A stretch of DNA of 64,000 nt from the NCBI GenBank assembly GCA_964016885.1, contig OZ024743.1, forward strand, positions 44,206,001-44,270,000, given 5' to 3'. A program made the position numbers and the translations under genes. Within the stretch, counting starts at the first letter, position 1. Each line of letters starts with the position of its first letter. Shown here one piece after another: positions 28,010-40,578 of this stretch. The notes under the pieces were generated by a model, which was given only the letters and a program-made list of their open reading frames with translations, did no database searches and had not been told where the DNA came from. Source of the stretch: Eledone cirrhosa (taxonomy: Eukaryota).

Positions 28010-28105
28010 ACCCCTTGAGAAGCTCGGCTATTCAAATACCAGGATAAACATTTTCATTTAGTCCAGAATTAGCCGTCGAAACGGCTTGAGCTCAGCCGTC
28101 GGGGT
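28010..28105 (+). ncRNA. Type-I hammerhead ribozyme, U3-A8 core
   Basis: Stem I ACCCC/GGGGT; core TTGAGAA; long stem II CGGCTA/TAGCCG; GAAA; stem III CGGC/GCCG with palindromic loop TGAGCTCA; TC cleavage site. Confidence 0.8.
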
Positions 28106-28134
28106 CCTACTCGTTCCTAACCATATTTCCTCCG

Positions 28135-28212
<78 letters not shown>

Positions 28213-28215
<3 letters not shown>

Positions 28216-28360
28216 GGTTATTCCGAGTGTTGAATCGGAAGTAACCACAGTGAGTAAGGTACTCAATACATAACAGAGTATAAAGTTTTAATATAGATGA
28301 GATTCTACAGGACTAGAACTGTTTCATTCTTGAGAAAGCATCAGGAATCATCAGGAATCA
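28213..28360 (-). mobile_element. pLTR fragment (family G) with degenerate HHR
   Basis: Minus strand GATTC-CTGATGC-...-GAAA-CAG..CTG-TA-GAATC; homologous to 59435-59570 and 60905-60970. Confidence 0.65.
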
Positions 28361-28705
28361 AATATATATATATAGTTAGGTGTATATTCCTATGTCTAGA
28401 TACATATACATACATCTAAACACATATACACATTTACGCACAATATTGGCAACCTTATTGCCCACAAATTCCTTCTATGCACTTTTCATATTTAAATAGA
28501 TTTTAGAAATATTGACGTGTTAAATAAAGAGCCTATTCGCGATGAATATTAAATACAGTTCCCCTCATAGAAGAAAATAATACACTGGTAGATACAGTGA
28601 CATCAACACCCACATCAATAAACAAAAACATTTCCAGACACATATTAAACATGTGTTTGTGTGTGATAGAGAGAGGGATACAGACAGAATATATATATAT
28701 ATATC

Positions 28706-29325
28706 TTTCAACGTATTTTTTACTAAAGGAATTTTAGCCTGATAATGGGGTTTAGAACCCTCAGATAAATGGAAAAAAGATGAGTATTGACGTACATGGG
28801 TGTCGAACCCACATCTTTGATTATCGCGACCACTGTGCTAGCATTACACCAATACATCACCCATCTCTTTCCATTCAAATTAGAATCTACATTCTTAGCG
28901 AGTTTAAATGGCAAGTATGTTTTGAAATAGTGAGCAGGTTTGAAATTTTCTGAGGGTTCTAAACCCCATTATCAGGCTAAATTTCCTTTAGTCAAAAATA
29001 CGGTGAACGCTATTCTATTTTCTAATTTCAAACCTGCTCACTGTTTCAAAACATACTTACTTGCCATTTAAACTCGCTGCTAAGAATGTAGCTTCTAATT
29101 TGAATGGAAAGAGATGGGTGATGTGTTGTTGTAGTGGTAGCACAGTGGTCGCGATAATCAAAGATGTGGGTTCGACTCCATGTACGTCAATACTCATCTT
29201 TTTCCATTTATCTGAGGGTTCTAAACCCCATTATCAGGCTAATATGCCTTTAGTCAAAAATACGGTGAAAGCTATTCTATTTTCTAATTTCAAACCTACT
29301 CACTGTTTCAAAACAAACTTACTTG
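28706..29325. mobile_element. Family C element: ~262-bp tandem unit with tRNA-like cloverleaf, inverted plus direct copies
   Basis: Minus copy at 28706-28948; plus strand carries ~1.4 units at 28949-29325 (TCTGAGGGTTCTAAACCCC repeated at 28949 and 29211); flanked by (TA)n. Confidence 0.75.
28788..28858 (-). tRNA. tRNA-like cloverleaf (non-canonical; probably not a decoding tRNA)
   Basis: Acceptor GATGTAT/GTACGTC+A; D arm GTGT/GCAC; loop CGCGATA lacks U33; T arm GTGGG-TTCGACA-CCCAT; T6 terminator ~10 nt downstream; second, more diverged copy at 29120-29189 (+). Confidence 0.55.
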
Positions 29326-29433
29326 ATATATATATATTAAAATAATAGATTAAAGTTTAAGCAAAGAATCGTGAAAGCAGCGATTCTTTGCTTAAAGATA
29401 TATTACTCTATATATAATACTATATATATATAT

Positions 29434-30483
29434 ACAAATATTAATTAGCGAGAATCGCATTCCGGCTTTTGGAAATTACCGAAAAACGACTTCCGAGATA
29501 TGTGGCAAGCGCTCCATAGAAACTAGTGAACTAGAGCAACAACGTAAATTAAAAGGCCAAACACACTGAGACGATGGTTAAACCATTATCCGCAAAGCCA
29601 TAGAAACTACCAAGCTATTCGGGTCAAACAAATAATAAAATATGATTGAAAATTATACCCGGCCCCTTGGAAACGGTGGTAAGATCCAATATGGGGTTTT
29701 TGCAACTCCTAAATCCGGTACTGTCTGCTTAAACAAATACTTGTTTCTATTTTAGGAAAAAGGCCAGCAAATACCCAGTACATTACTGGTACTTTATTTT
29801 ATCGACCCCGTAAGGATGAAAGGCAAAGTTAACAAATAATGTTAAGCTTTTGGTATGATCATCGAATAAGGAAGTCACTTTTTCAACAGGCATTTAGTTC
29901 TATGCAAAGCTAAGGACTGACCATTATCAAAACCCACGTGGAATTGGCAGTATTGGTAGAGGGTCTGACATGCTTTCCAGCGTAGTTACGTCCCTTTACG
30001 ATCTGAGTTCAAATCCCACCGAGGTTAACTTTGCCTTTCATCCTTACAGGGTCGATAAAATAAAGTACCAGTAATACACTGTGTAATTGCTGGCCTTGTG
30101 CCAAAAGTAGAAACAATTATCAAAACCCACGTGGGGTGTAATAAGGGAGACAACCCCTAGTCTTGGCGGATGAATTCACTATGTGTTATTGCTAAATTGC
30201 AAAATATCAAAAAACGAATTAAGCTCTCAACAGATTAGTTTTAAAAATTAATGATCAGTCAATAGAATTAACTAGAAAAATCAAAAAAATTAACTGGTTA
30301 ATAGCTAGACTCGGGAGATTAATACAAATATAAATTAGCGAGAATCGCATTTCGGCTATTGGAAATTAGCGAAAAACAACTTCTAATTTATGTGGCAAGC
30401 GCTCCATAGAAAATAGTGAACTAGAGCAACAACGTAAGTTAAAGGCCAGACACACTGAGACGATGGTTAAACCATTATCCGCA
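29434..30483 (+). repeat. ~160-bp direct repeats (29434-29593 and 30324-30483) bracketing two SINE inserts
   Basis: AATTAGCGAGAATCGCATT...GATGGTTAAACCATTATCCGCA occurs twice; outer ends abut (TA)n. Confidence 0.7.
29938..30120 (+). mobile_element. tRNA-derived SINE with TSD
   Basis: Full consensus; ATTATCAAAACCCACGTGG duplicated at 29923 and 30116. A partial minus copy lies at 29742-29835. Confidence 0.85.
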
Positions 30484-30504
30484 TATATATATATATATAT
30501 ATAT

Positions 30505-31874
<1,370 letters not shown>

Positions 31875-33519
31875 TATATAGTAATAATAATAAATGTGAA
31901 GACTAACATCCGATGAGTTTCCAGAAGATCCCGTTATGGGTGAAATCAGTGATTCTTTGCTTAAACTTTAATCTGTCATTTGTGTGTGTGCGGTGTTTTT
32001 TGTTAAAGGGGTGTTTGTGTGTGTGTGTGTGTAATATCAATATATTAGTTGTCACATTGAACATGAACCGTCAGTATTTGTCCAAAAGTCAGTTAAAATG
32101 CCCCTGATGACTGAATAGCATCCAAGACTACAATTCTCCAAACGACATATATGGAGATATTTTGCATTGTTTTCAATGTTTCTAACACCCGTCTCTCTTT
32201 CTATTTAAAGATATAAGTAATCATAAATTTCCTCCCCTCTGTACTTTTCTTCGTCACATTTTCTTGAAATATGTTTAAATGGAGTTCAATAATTAAGATG
32301 TGCGTCAGTTCTTTGGCAATTGCACTAATTTAATCCGTGGCTATATATTGTCTAACGATGGTATAAATGCTAAAATATGCTTACATCTCTGATTATGTGT
32401 GTATACCTGCGTATATAAAATGGCATACGAAGGCGTGGAGCTTATTTTTTATGGGTATTGAGGCATTAATGTAGTGATTTGGATTCTAGGTTGCGTTCTG
32501 TTATTTCCCTTTCTCCATTCTATAGTAATAGGAATAAATGTTGTCTTTTTTAAATCAAATGTCTAGCATTGTCAAACTGTGTCACTCTGAAAGTTACGTG
32601 TCTATGGGATGGAATACTCAGCCATCTAGAGTTTAATTTCACGAACAGGCTCGTACGTTGATCGCATCAGCTAGAAAATACGTCGTTGTAACCGACCGAG
32701 ATGCAACAATAACAACAGACATAAAATATTGCTTGCTAATAGGAATTTACAAAGAGAGAGTAAACTGAAATAATCACATGATTTTGTGTTAAACCAATAA
32801 CAGATTATCTCTCCTATTATTACTCAGGCAAAGGCTAGAAGACGTCAGATCTTGTTATGTTCAGTTGTCTACGGCCACATCAACATACATGCCACACACA
32901 AGGTTATTTGATTGCTTTTGTAAATACTAGTAAATCGTGTTTGCCTCATCGCATTGAATAACCTTGAATGTACATCCCAAAGAAGATTAGGTTGTTTGTT
33001 CATCTTAGTCTACAACATGACTTGGATTCTTCTTTTAAACCAAATCATTTCACTAATTTGAATCTTGAAATACAAATACAAATAAAAAGAAAACAAATAT
33101 GTTATTCCTTTGTCTTAATTATTTATGCTAATGTCACTAAATAAATAGTTATTTATTGGCAATCCATTTCGCCGTGTATAGAATATATTTATTCAACAGA
33201 AATACATTACTTTCATTTTATAGACGCTCTTGAGTAACGGACAACCTGAATAGTTATGGCTAAATGATTAGGAATTTCGCATCGTAATCAAAGGTCTGTG
33301 TGGCATATTAGACTTGTGAGGAAAATTGACATGAAAACTTGGTGGAAGTTTGCCGGATGAAATCTACCTGTCATTCAGAGTATGAGTTTTCTTACACATT
33401 GTGTACAATCAGTCGTTACACAGCCATGTGGTTGGCCACCATTGTGAGTGAAATATATTACTACTACTACTAACACAGACACGAGGAGTTTCTGGATGAT
33501 ACAATGTAGGACAATGCCT

Positions 33520-33980
33520 TTTAGGTTCTGAGTTCAAATCTCACCGAGGTTAGCTTTGCCTTTCATCCTCAAGGGGGTGATGAAATAAATTACCAGTAAT
33601 TCACTGGGTCGATTTAATCGAGTTTTTGCTCTCCCAAAATTCCTGACCTAAATCAGATGCCATTATTTTGTGACACACTCTGAGGCCTAGAAGTAGGGAC
33701 TAGAGACGGTGGAGTTCCTGGCTTTGGGTTCAATCCTGGTCAATAGGTACATGTAACGTTTTTCAGTTTTAAGGGCTGTGGATTGGCAGTGTCGGTAGAG
33801 GGTCGGACGCAATGCTTTGCAACAAAGAGTTATGGCCCTTTATGATCTGAGTTCAAATCCACCAGAGGTTAACTTTGCCTTTCATCCTTACGGGGTCGAT
33901 AAAATAAAGTACCAGTAATACACTTGAATAATTTCTGGCCTTATGCCAAAAAGTAGAAATAATTCTCTTGTGTCACCCTG

Positions 33981-34047
<67 letters not shown>

Positions 34048-34108
34048 GTGTGTGTGTGCGCGCATGTGTGTGTGTGCGTATGTGTGTGTGTGTGTGTATA
34101 CATATATG

Positions 34109-34153
<45 letters not shown>

Positions 34154-35262
34154 GTGAGTTTTTTTTTACAAAATGAAAAATAACCGAGGTGTCCTACACG
34201 AGTAAAAGTATACAGCGAAAAAGATGAAATCGAAAATGCAACTGGAGTCTTATTTTTAAAAAAGTATATATATTTATTTGGTTCCTTTACCGGTTTCGCA
34301 GTTCTTCTGCTTTGCAAAAGTAGAGTTGAGATGGAGGGTCTGTGGTTTTTTCACATCTATATATATATATATACATACAATTATATATGTGTCTGTGTGT
34401 GTGTTTGTGAGCGATATTAGCTCTGCCTTTCATCCCTACGGTGTCAATAGAATAAATTACCGGTAATACTGTGGGGTCGATTTAATCTATTTTACCCACC
34501 CCACAAATTGTTATCTTTATGCCTAAACCAGAAACATTATTATCTAATCAAGGTGGATTGGCAGTATTGGTAGAGGGTTGGACGCCATGCTTTGACGCAT
34601 AGAGTTACGGCCCTTGCCATTCTGAGTTTAAATCCCGCCGAGGTTAACTTTGCCTTTCATCCTTACGGGGTCGATACATGACAGTAATACACTGAATGAC
34701 AGTAATACACTGGGTAATTGCTGGCCTTGTGCCTAACGTAGAAACAATTATTATCCAATCAAATGCAATGGAGAAAGAATTCAACACTTTGTCAGCAAGC
34801 ACTCATATAACATTTAAATATTTTCAGACATCTAGATTTGAATGGTTTCTGAAAAAAAATTATAATTTGTCACATATTTAACAAACTAATGCAGTACACT
34901 TAAAAACTTATCTACTTTCAAAAATATTACGTGGCATTTGTACGTCTTTAGTATTTTATGTCTAAGATTGAAAAAAAGTGTGGAATGTAACAATTGGTAA
35001 TGGAGTTTGCATGTTACTAAATAACTGAATTTTATTTTATTTTTTATTCTAAACACGTAGCAATATTTAAGGGTGGTGGATTGGCAGTATAGGTAGATGA
35101 TCGGACGTCATGCTTTGCAGAAAAGAGTTACGCCCCTTTATAGTCTGAGCTCAAATCCCGCCCAGGTTAACTTTGCCTTTCATCCTTACGGGGTCGATAA
35201 AATAAAGTACCAGTAACACACAGGGATAATTGCTGGCCTTGTGCCAAAAGTAGAAACAATAT
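33520..35262 (+). mobile_element. Cluster of co-oriented SINE copies (33520-33650, 33775-33963, 34415-34545, 34552-34752, 35072-35262)
   Basis: Repeated GGATTGGCAGT..GGTAGAGGG..CTGAGTTCAAATCCC..TTTGCCTTTCATCCTTACGGGGTCGATAAAATAAAGTACCAG. Confidence 0.8.
34147..34358 (-). mobile_element. Family D pLTR solo copy with degenerate HHR
   Basis: Homologous to 45737-45945; minus strand TTGCAAA-GCAG/CTGC-GAAA-CCGG-TA-AAGG. Confidence 0.7.
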
Positions 35263-35269
35263 TTTAGGA

Positions 35270-35640
35270 CAAATCAAATTCTTCTTCTTTTCTTCTTCGT
35301 CGTCGTCTTCTTCGTCTTCTTCTTCTTCTTTGTCTTCTTCCTCTTCTTCTTTGCTCGCTTATATCTGGCAGGGTAGTAGAAGAAGAGTCCTGAAAGTCCC
35401 TTCCAGTGCGTCCTGTCAGGACCAAACATCTCCATCTGATCCGGCTGGATCCCCAAATGAGACTAACTGAGTTCATAGATGTTTCCAATTGTCTACTCGT
35501 GGATGTCCTGTCGCTCTGTTTTGTCTGTAAAATCTGTCCAGCGACTCTTTCCTTTAGATATTCTAACCATATGCTCGTAATACAGGGTTTGTGACCTCTT
35601 CAAATCCCTCATGAATAAAATGTGTTAACCTGTGGATAGT
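35270..35640 (-). mobile_element. RTE-like LINE 3' end with (GAA)n tail
   Basis: GHPR...PDRTHWKGL resembles an RTE C-terminus; followed by (GAA/GAC)n. Confidence 0.45.
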
Positions 35641-36678
35641 TGGACGACTGCAAATGCTGCAAAAGGCTGTGATGCTTCACCGGTGCATATTAATGGATAA
35701 ATCACGTTCAAGATATATTGCAGTTTCATTTGAATTGTTCTTCTAATTGATTGCACGTATATATAACCTTAGATATTTATTTGAAGGCACTTAGAGTAGG
35801 TACTGTATAGCATTACATTTCATTGATATTTTCAAAGAAAAATAATTGCTTCTCGAAAAACATAATACTCTTTAAAGGGCAGATATTTGGGCTGTTCCAA
35901 TTACATAAAAACATTTTTACTGGAACCTTTAATTTATACTTGCTATTGATGCACGAGGCTTTTGCAGAAACTGTAGATCACATTTTCACAATTTGTGCTA
36001 TCAAATGATAACTAGTCTAATGGAAAGATGTTATGCTTGAAAATACTGGCAACATTGAAACAAACATTTAAAATGTATAGAGGCATAATATAATGCATTT
36101 TCTTTTCCTTTTTCCGAGCTTATGATCGTTAGCGTTATTGTGTATGTAAAACATTCTATATTTGAGCCATTCCTTTTGATGTATCATCATAATAATAAGT
36201 ATCAGGATTCTGAAATTGGTCGCCAGGGGATAAGACAATAATGTGCTTTTTGAAGATACTTGTGAGATGAGTGTTATATACTGAAATGTTTCGCTGGGGG
36301 ATACATATCGAGTTATATGAAATTATCTACATATAAATGTTCAACTAGCGGAATTTAAACATCTAAATTCTTACATATGCCGAGAAAACCTTTCCAGGGA
36401 CATCTTTACTGTATCGAATTTTCAAAATGTTTTTTTAGTAACTGTTATTCAAATATTTGACAGTGGGTGAAATGGTATTCGGCGAATTGACAGTGGAGTT
36501 ATGGCACCTGATTATATGATTTGGTATTTTTTCAGCTCATTGAGGTCTAATGTCAGACCCCATCATATCTAACTTTGCCTATCATCCTTTGGGGTGGATA
36601 AATATAGTAACAATCCTGAGGTTGTGGATTGCTTAATCATTAATGAGTTGGGTGAAATTAGTCACGATATCACATCAG

Positions 36679-36785
36679 GCTCTGGGTGTTTTGAGTTCAA
36701 GAACCTCAGCCTCCTACTAGGAAGCATGACCAGCTCTGGGTGTTCTGAGTTCAAGAACTTCAGCCTCCTCGTAGGAAGCATGACA
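36679..36785 (+). repeat. Tandem duplication, ~54 bp x2
   Basis: GCTCTGGGTGTT(T/C)TGAGTTCAAGAAC..CAGCCTCCT..TAGGAAGCATGAC occurs twice. Confidence 0.8.
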
Positions 36786-36829
36786 TACAAATAGTATCAG
36801 ATTACTATATAAGTATAGATCAGGAAAGT

Positions 36830-37140
36830 GAAGCCGCCATTAGAAATTGCTATGATTAATTGAAGCATTTGCGAGCCGAGAGTTGTTGAAGCATGGAACA
36901 AACTACCTGCATCAGTTGTTAGCTGTCGAGACTGCATCATTTAAAACCTCCATGCTACCTGAGATTCGCCAACACTACACCTGATGTCTCCCCTCTATAC
37001 AGGCACACACACATGTATTTCATGACTCGTACACTGTTCATTTTCCTGACATTTGTACATTATTCTATGTTCTATACATGCACGTTTGATGAATCATAGT
37101 TCACCTGAGCAATGTACACAATAATGTCGTTATTATTGTT
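36830..37140 (+). mobile_element. CR1/L2-group LINE 3' end
   Basis: RVVEAWNKLPASVVS..SFK C-terminal motif, then a 3'UTR ending in (TTA)n. Confidence 0.65.
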
Positions 37141-37583
37141 CAATGGAAGGGTGAATCACGAGAACAATATAGCTTGTAAAAACGTCATAGTGAGATTCCT
37201 TTGTTTAGTATACACATGAATATGCTAACATATGCAACGCTATGATGCACCACACCATATTAGTGACACTTTTAATTACAACCATCGATCGTTTATCTGA
37301 ACCAAATGCAAATCAGCTTCTCAAGTCAATGTTTTATATGCAAAAACCATAGAGGCTTTAGACTATTTTCCCCGTGAGTAAATGTCACTGATAATGGATA
37401 AAAATCCAGAAACAGATATCTGTCATTCCACCGCTACTGGGGTAGCTGTAACATGACCACAACTTATTTTTATATATGCACTCTATTATGAGCCACGCTA
37501 TGTTTGTGCCCATTACAACTGTGGATACACACATATTAACTCGGGATGTACTCACATACACACAGGCACACGCACACACACAC

Positions 37584-37643
<60 letters not shown>

Positions 37644-37647
<4 letters not shown>

Positions 37648-38103
37648 CAAGAAAGAAAAGACAAACCATTTGCCTCCATTATGGACCATCCAATCGCTCT
37701 TGCTATAATACATTTTGAACTGCTTATCCTCAAGAACAATGCATGTAAATAATATTATTCTTTCTTTCCCTTTAACATATCATGTTCCACATCACCCCTC
37801 TTTTGTTTTCTTTTTTCTTTTTACTTCAAAAACATTTCTCCAACATTTTAAACGAATACAAATTCCTCCCTTTGATAATGCAGAACATGCTGAAACCGGT
37901 AATAGACAATGATTAAATATATAATTAAATGAATAAACAAATGCCATTGTTAATTAATAAATAAATTAACTAATAACTTAACACTTTCCACAAAGTAAAA
38001 TATTTTGTTTTAAACATTTTCTAACCCAGAAATTGAGAAAAAAATAAAAGGAAAACAATATATTTTTCTTCCTAATAATCGTCTTTTTCTCCCTATTTTC
38101 ATA
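37644..38103 (+). mobile_element. PLE 3' end (Naiad-like C-terminus) with HHR-like motif
   Basis: NSRKKRQTICLH resembles LN.R.E...C.H; TTGATAA-T-GCA/TGC-T-GAAA-CCGG-TA at 37872-37901; tail homologous (inverted) to 50147-50310. Confidence 0.6.
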
Positions 38104-38239
38104 TATATATATATATATATATATATTCCAGCTCGTGTGCTCCTTCTCCACATTTTATAAATAAATATATACATATATACATATATATATACAGGTAGCT
38201 CCTGAGTGCTATTGGTTACAATACAACCTGTCAAATTGT

Positions 38240-39910
38240 CGGGTCATAGGTGACTATAGCGGCAACCACACTAGCCTTGCTTGGTAAAGAGGATGATTGG
38301 ACACTCTGTGGGATGAAAATAAAAATCTGACAAACGGTGTAGAGGGCAGAAGAACTCATGAGAGCAAACGGCCATCCAACAGTGTTTGCATACGTATATA
38401 TTGTGTGAAGTGTGTAACTATGTATGTGTGGGTGTAGGGGATTGTTTGCGTGTATTTAGGTGCGTATGCCGTTTTGGTGGCCTTGTCCAAGAGTAAAGGA
38501 GGAAAAGGAATTTGCGATCACGACGGTGACATGACACTGTTGTAAACTGTGGGCAAAGTTCTTGCTAAATTATTGTTGAAGAATTTGTGGGACGACGTTT
38601 GTCCTACAGTCGTGAATGATAAATGGGATATAGATCTGGAGCTATTCGATTGATATGATATTCTCAGCATGGTAGATACTGGAGAAATTCTCTTAGAAGC
38701 TGCTTTCTCTGTATCAGTTTTTTATCGATCTGACAATGGATTTCTGGCTCACTCCCAAGATGACATGCAACACATCTTGGATTGTTTTGCAGATTCTTGT
38801 CATTCCTTTGATATGAAAATTAATCCGGAAAAGACTAAGGTATTGTTCACCACAACACCATGAGAAGCAAACACTGAGCCAAATATAATAGTTCGTGGAA
38901 CAAGTTTGGGTGTAATTAACACTTTTGTTTGACTGGGCAATGCATTGTTGACTGATGCTTCGCTGGATGCGGAAATATATCCGTGCATTCCAAAGGCCTT
39001 TCCAGCTTTCGGATATCTCTAAAAGAGAACGTTGGTGAACAATGGCGTCAATAACTAGTCCACGATTAATGCGTACAAGGTCTCCATACTAAGTGCTCTG
39101 TTGTACTCTTTGGAGAAGTAAAGAGTACATTGTAGACTATTCAACGTGCTTGAACATTTCACTCAGAATTGTCGAAACGAATCCCCTATATCGCGTGGCA
39201 ACACATAATGCTTGACATACATCCTTACAGATGCTGCACATACAATCATGGAATCTGCATATATATCCTCTCAAATGCGTTGGGCAGGCAGCCCTGTACG
39301 AATTAATTGTGATATACTCCAAAAAACAACTATTCTACAGCCACGTGCACACCAGGAAACGCCCTCAGCCCAAACTAAGAAGAATATATAAAGACGGGAT
39401 AAAAATCAACCTTAGGATCAACAGACTGATGTTCAAAACTGGGAAATACTAGCTTTAAAAAGGGTTGAATGGAGAAGCCATGTGAAGAAGGACTGCAGAA
39501 TGTTTGGTGAGAGACATGGCGACCATGGAAGACTTAAGTGTCATCTTCAAATAGCCCTGGATATGTGAAACGTATGGTCGCCTAATGCTCTCTAAATCTG
39601 GCTACATGACTCATCTAAAATTACATGAAAGACCAACTGTATGCAGCACTATCCTTCCAATACTGAAACATGTGTAGTGTGCAGAACAATACGCAAGTAT
39701 TGGTCTTAAAAGGCATATGAAAGTACATAAGTATGACATCCCACAAACTGATCCAATAAGTTTTATAGAGGGCATATTGCTTGTCTTTCACGTTTGCTGC
39801 TGAGCGTGCAAATATGCAGCTGGACGAAAAAGCCACCCAACTGAGCATGAATTAACGGGCGTTTCGAGATTGTGATGGCGTTGGGGTTTACAGAGAGTGG
39901 CTATCATCTG
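38240..39910 (+). pseudogene. RTE (BovB-like) LINE, highly degenerate
   Basis: TVGKVLAKLLL, AHSQDDMQHILDCFADSC..MKINPEKTKVL, DASLDAEI..AFG, YKVSILSALLY. Confidence 0.7.
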
Positions 39911-39927
39911 CAAAGATATAGCGATCA

Positions 39928-39966
<39 letters not shown>

Positions 39967-40242
39967 ATTGATGGTGGATGCTTAAAGAATCCGTATGCGG
40001 TAGGCCGTTTGAGCACTCGATGCTCTCATAGAGCAGAGTATGATATCACAGAAAAAAGAGAATCAGTGTTGCGACGAATTAGGAAAATCTGCTTCGTAGA
40101 ATCGAGACGTATCTGAGAACCTTGCGATTTTAAGAGTCAGGTTCGATCATTCATCGATCTTGCTTCAGGCTGGTAGCCAGAGAAACGATTGTAATATGTC
40201 CAATAAATTCCATCCGTCGCAATACTGATTCTCTTTTGTTCT

Positions 40243-40248
<6 letters not shown>
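39967..40248. repeat. Short inverted-repeat element in (TA)n, pLTR-like geometry
   Basis: 40042-40075 is inverted against 40215-40248, with a one-sided extension at 39967-40041. Confidence 0.55.
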
Positions 40249-40305
<57 letters not shown>

Positions 40306-40318
40306 ATGTGTGTGTGTG

Positions 40319-40354
<36 letters not shown>

Positions 40355-40358
40355 TGTT

Positions 40359-40406
<48 letters not shown>

Positions 40407-40420
40407 TACATATACATATA

Positions 40421-40578
<158 letters not shown>

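Larger units (their letters stand above)
26340..28137. mobile_element. Family A (Naiad-type) pLTR/3'UTR cluster with long inverted arms
   Basis: 26720-27090 is inverted against ~27752-28118; further short family A pieces at 26350-26490 and 26650-26713 face each other across (TA)n. Confidence 0.8.

Noticed and set aside
28788-28858. Functional decoding tRNA gene
   Set aside because: The anticodon loop lacks U33, the stem has a mismatch, and it is embedded in a multicopy repeat; kept only as tRNA-like.
32098-32130. CTGATGA/CTGACGA hits (also 13281, 26364, 40839)
   Set aside because: No properly placed stem II/GAAA/stem I.
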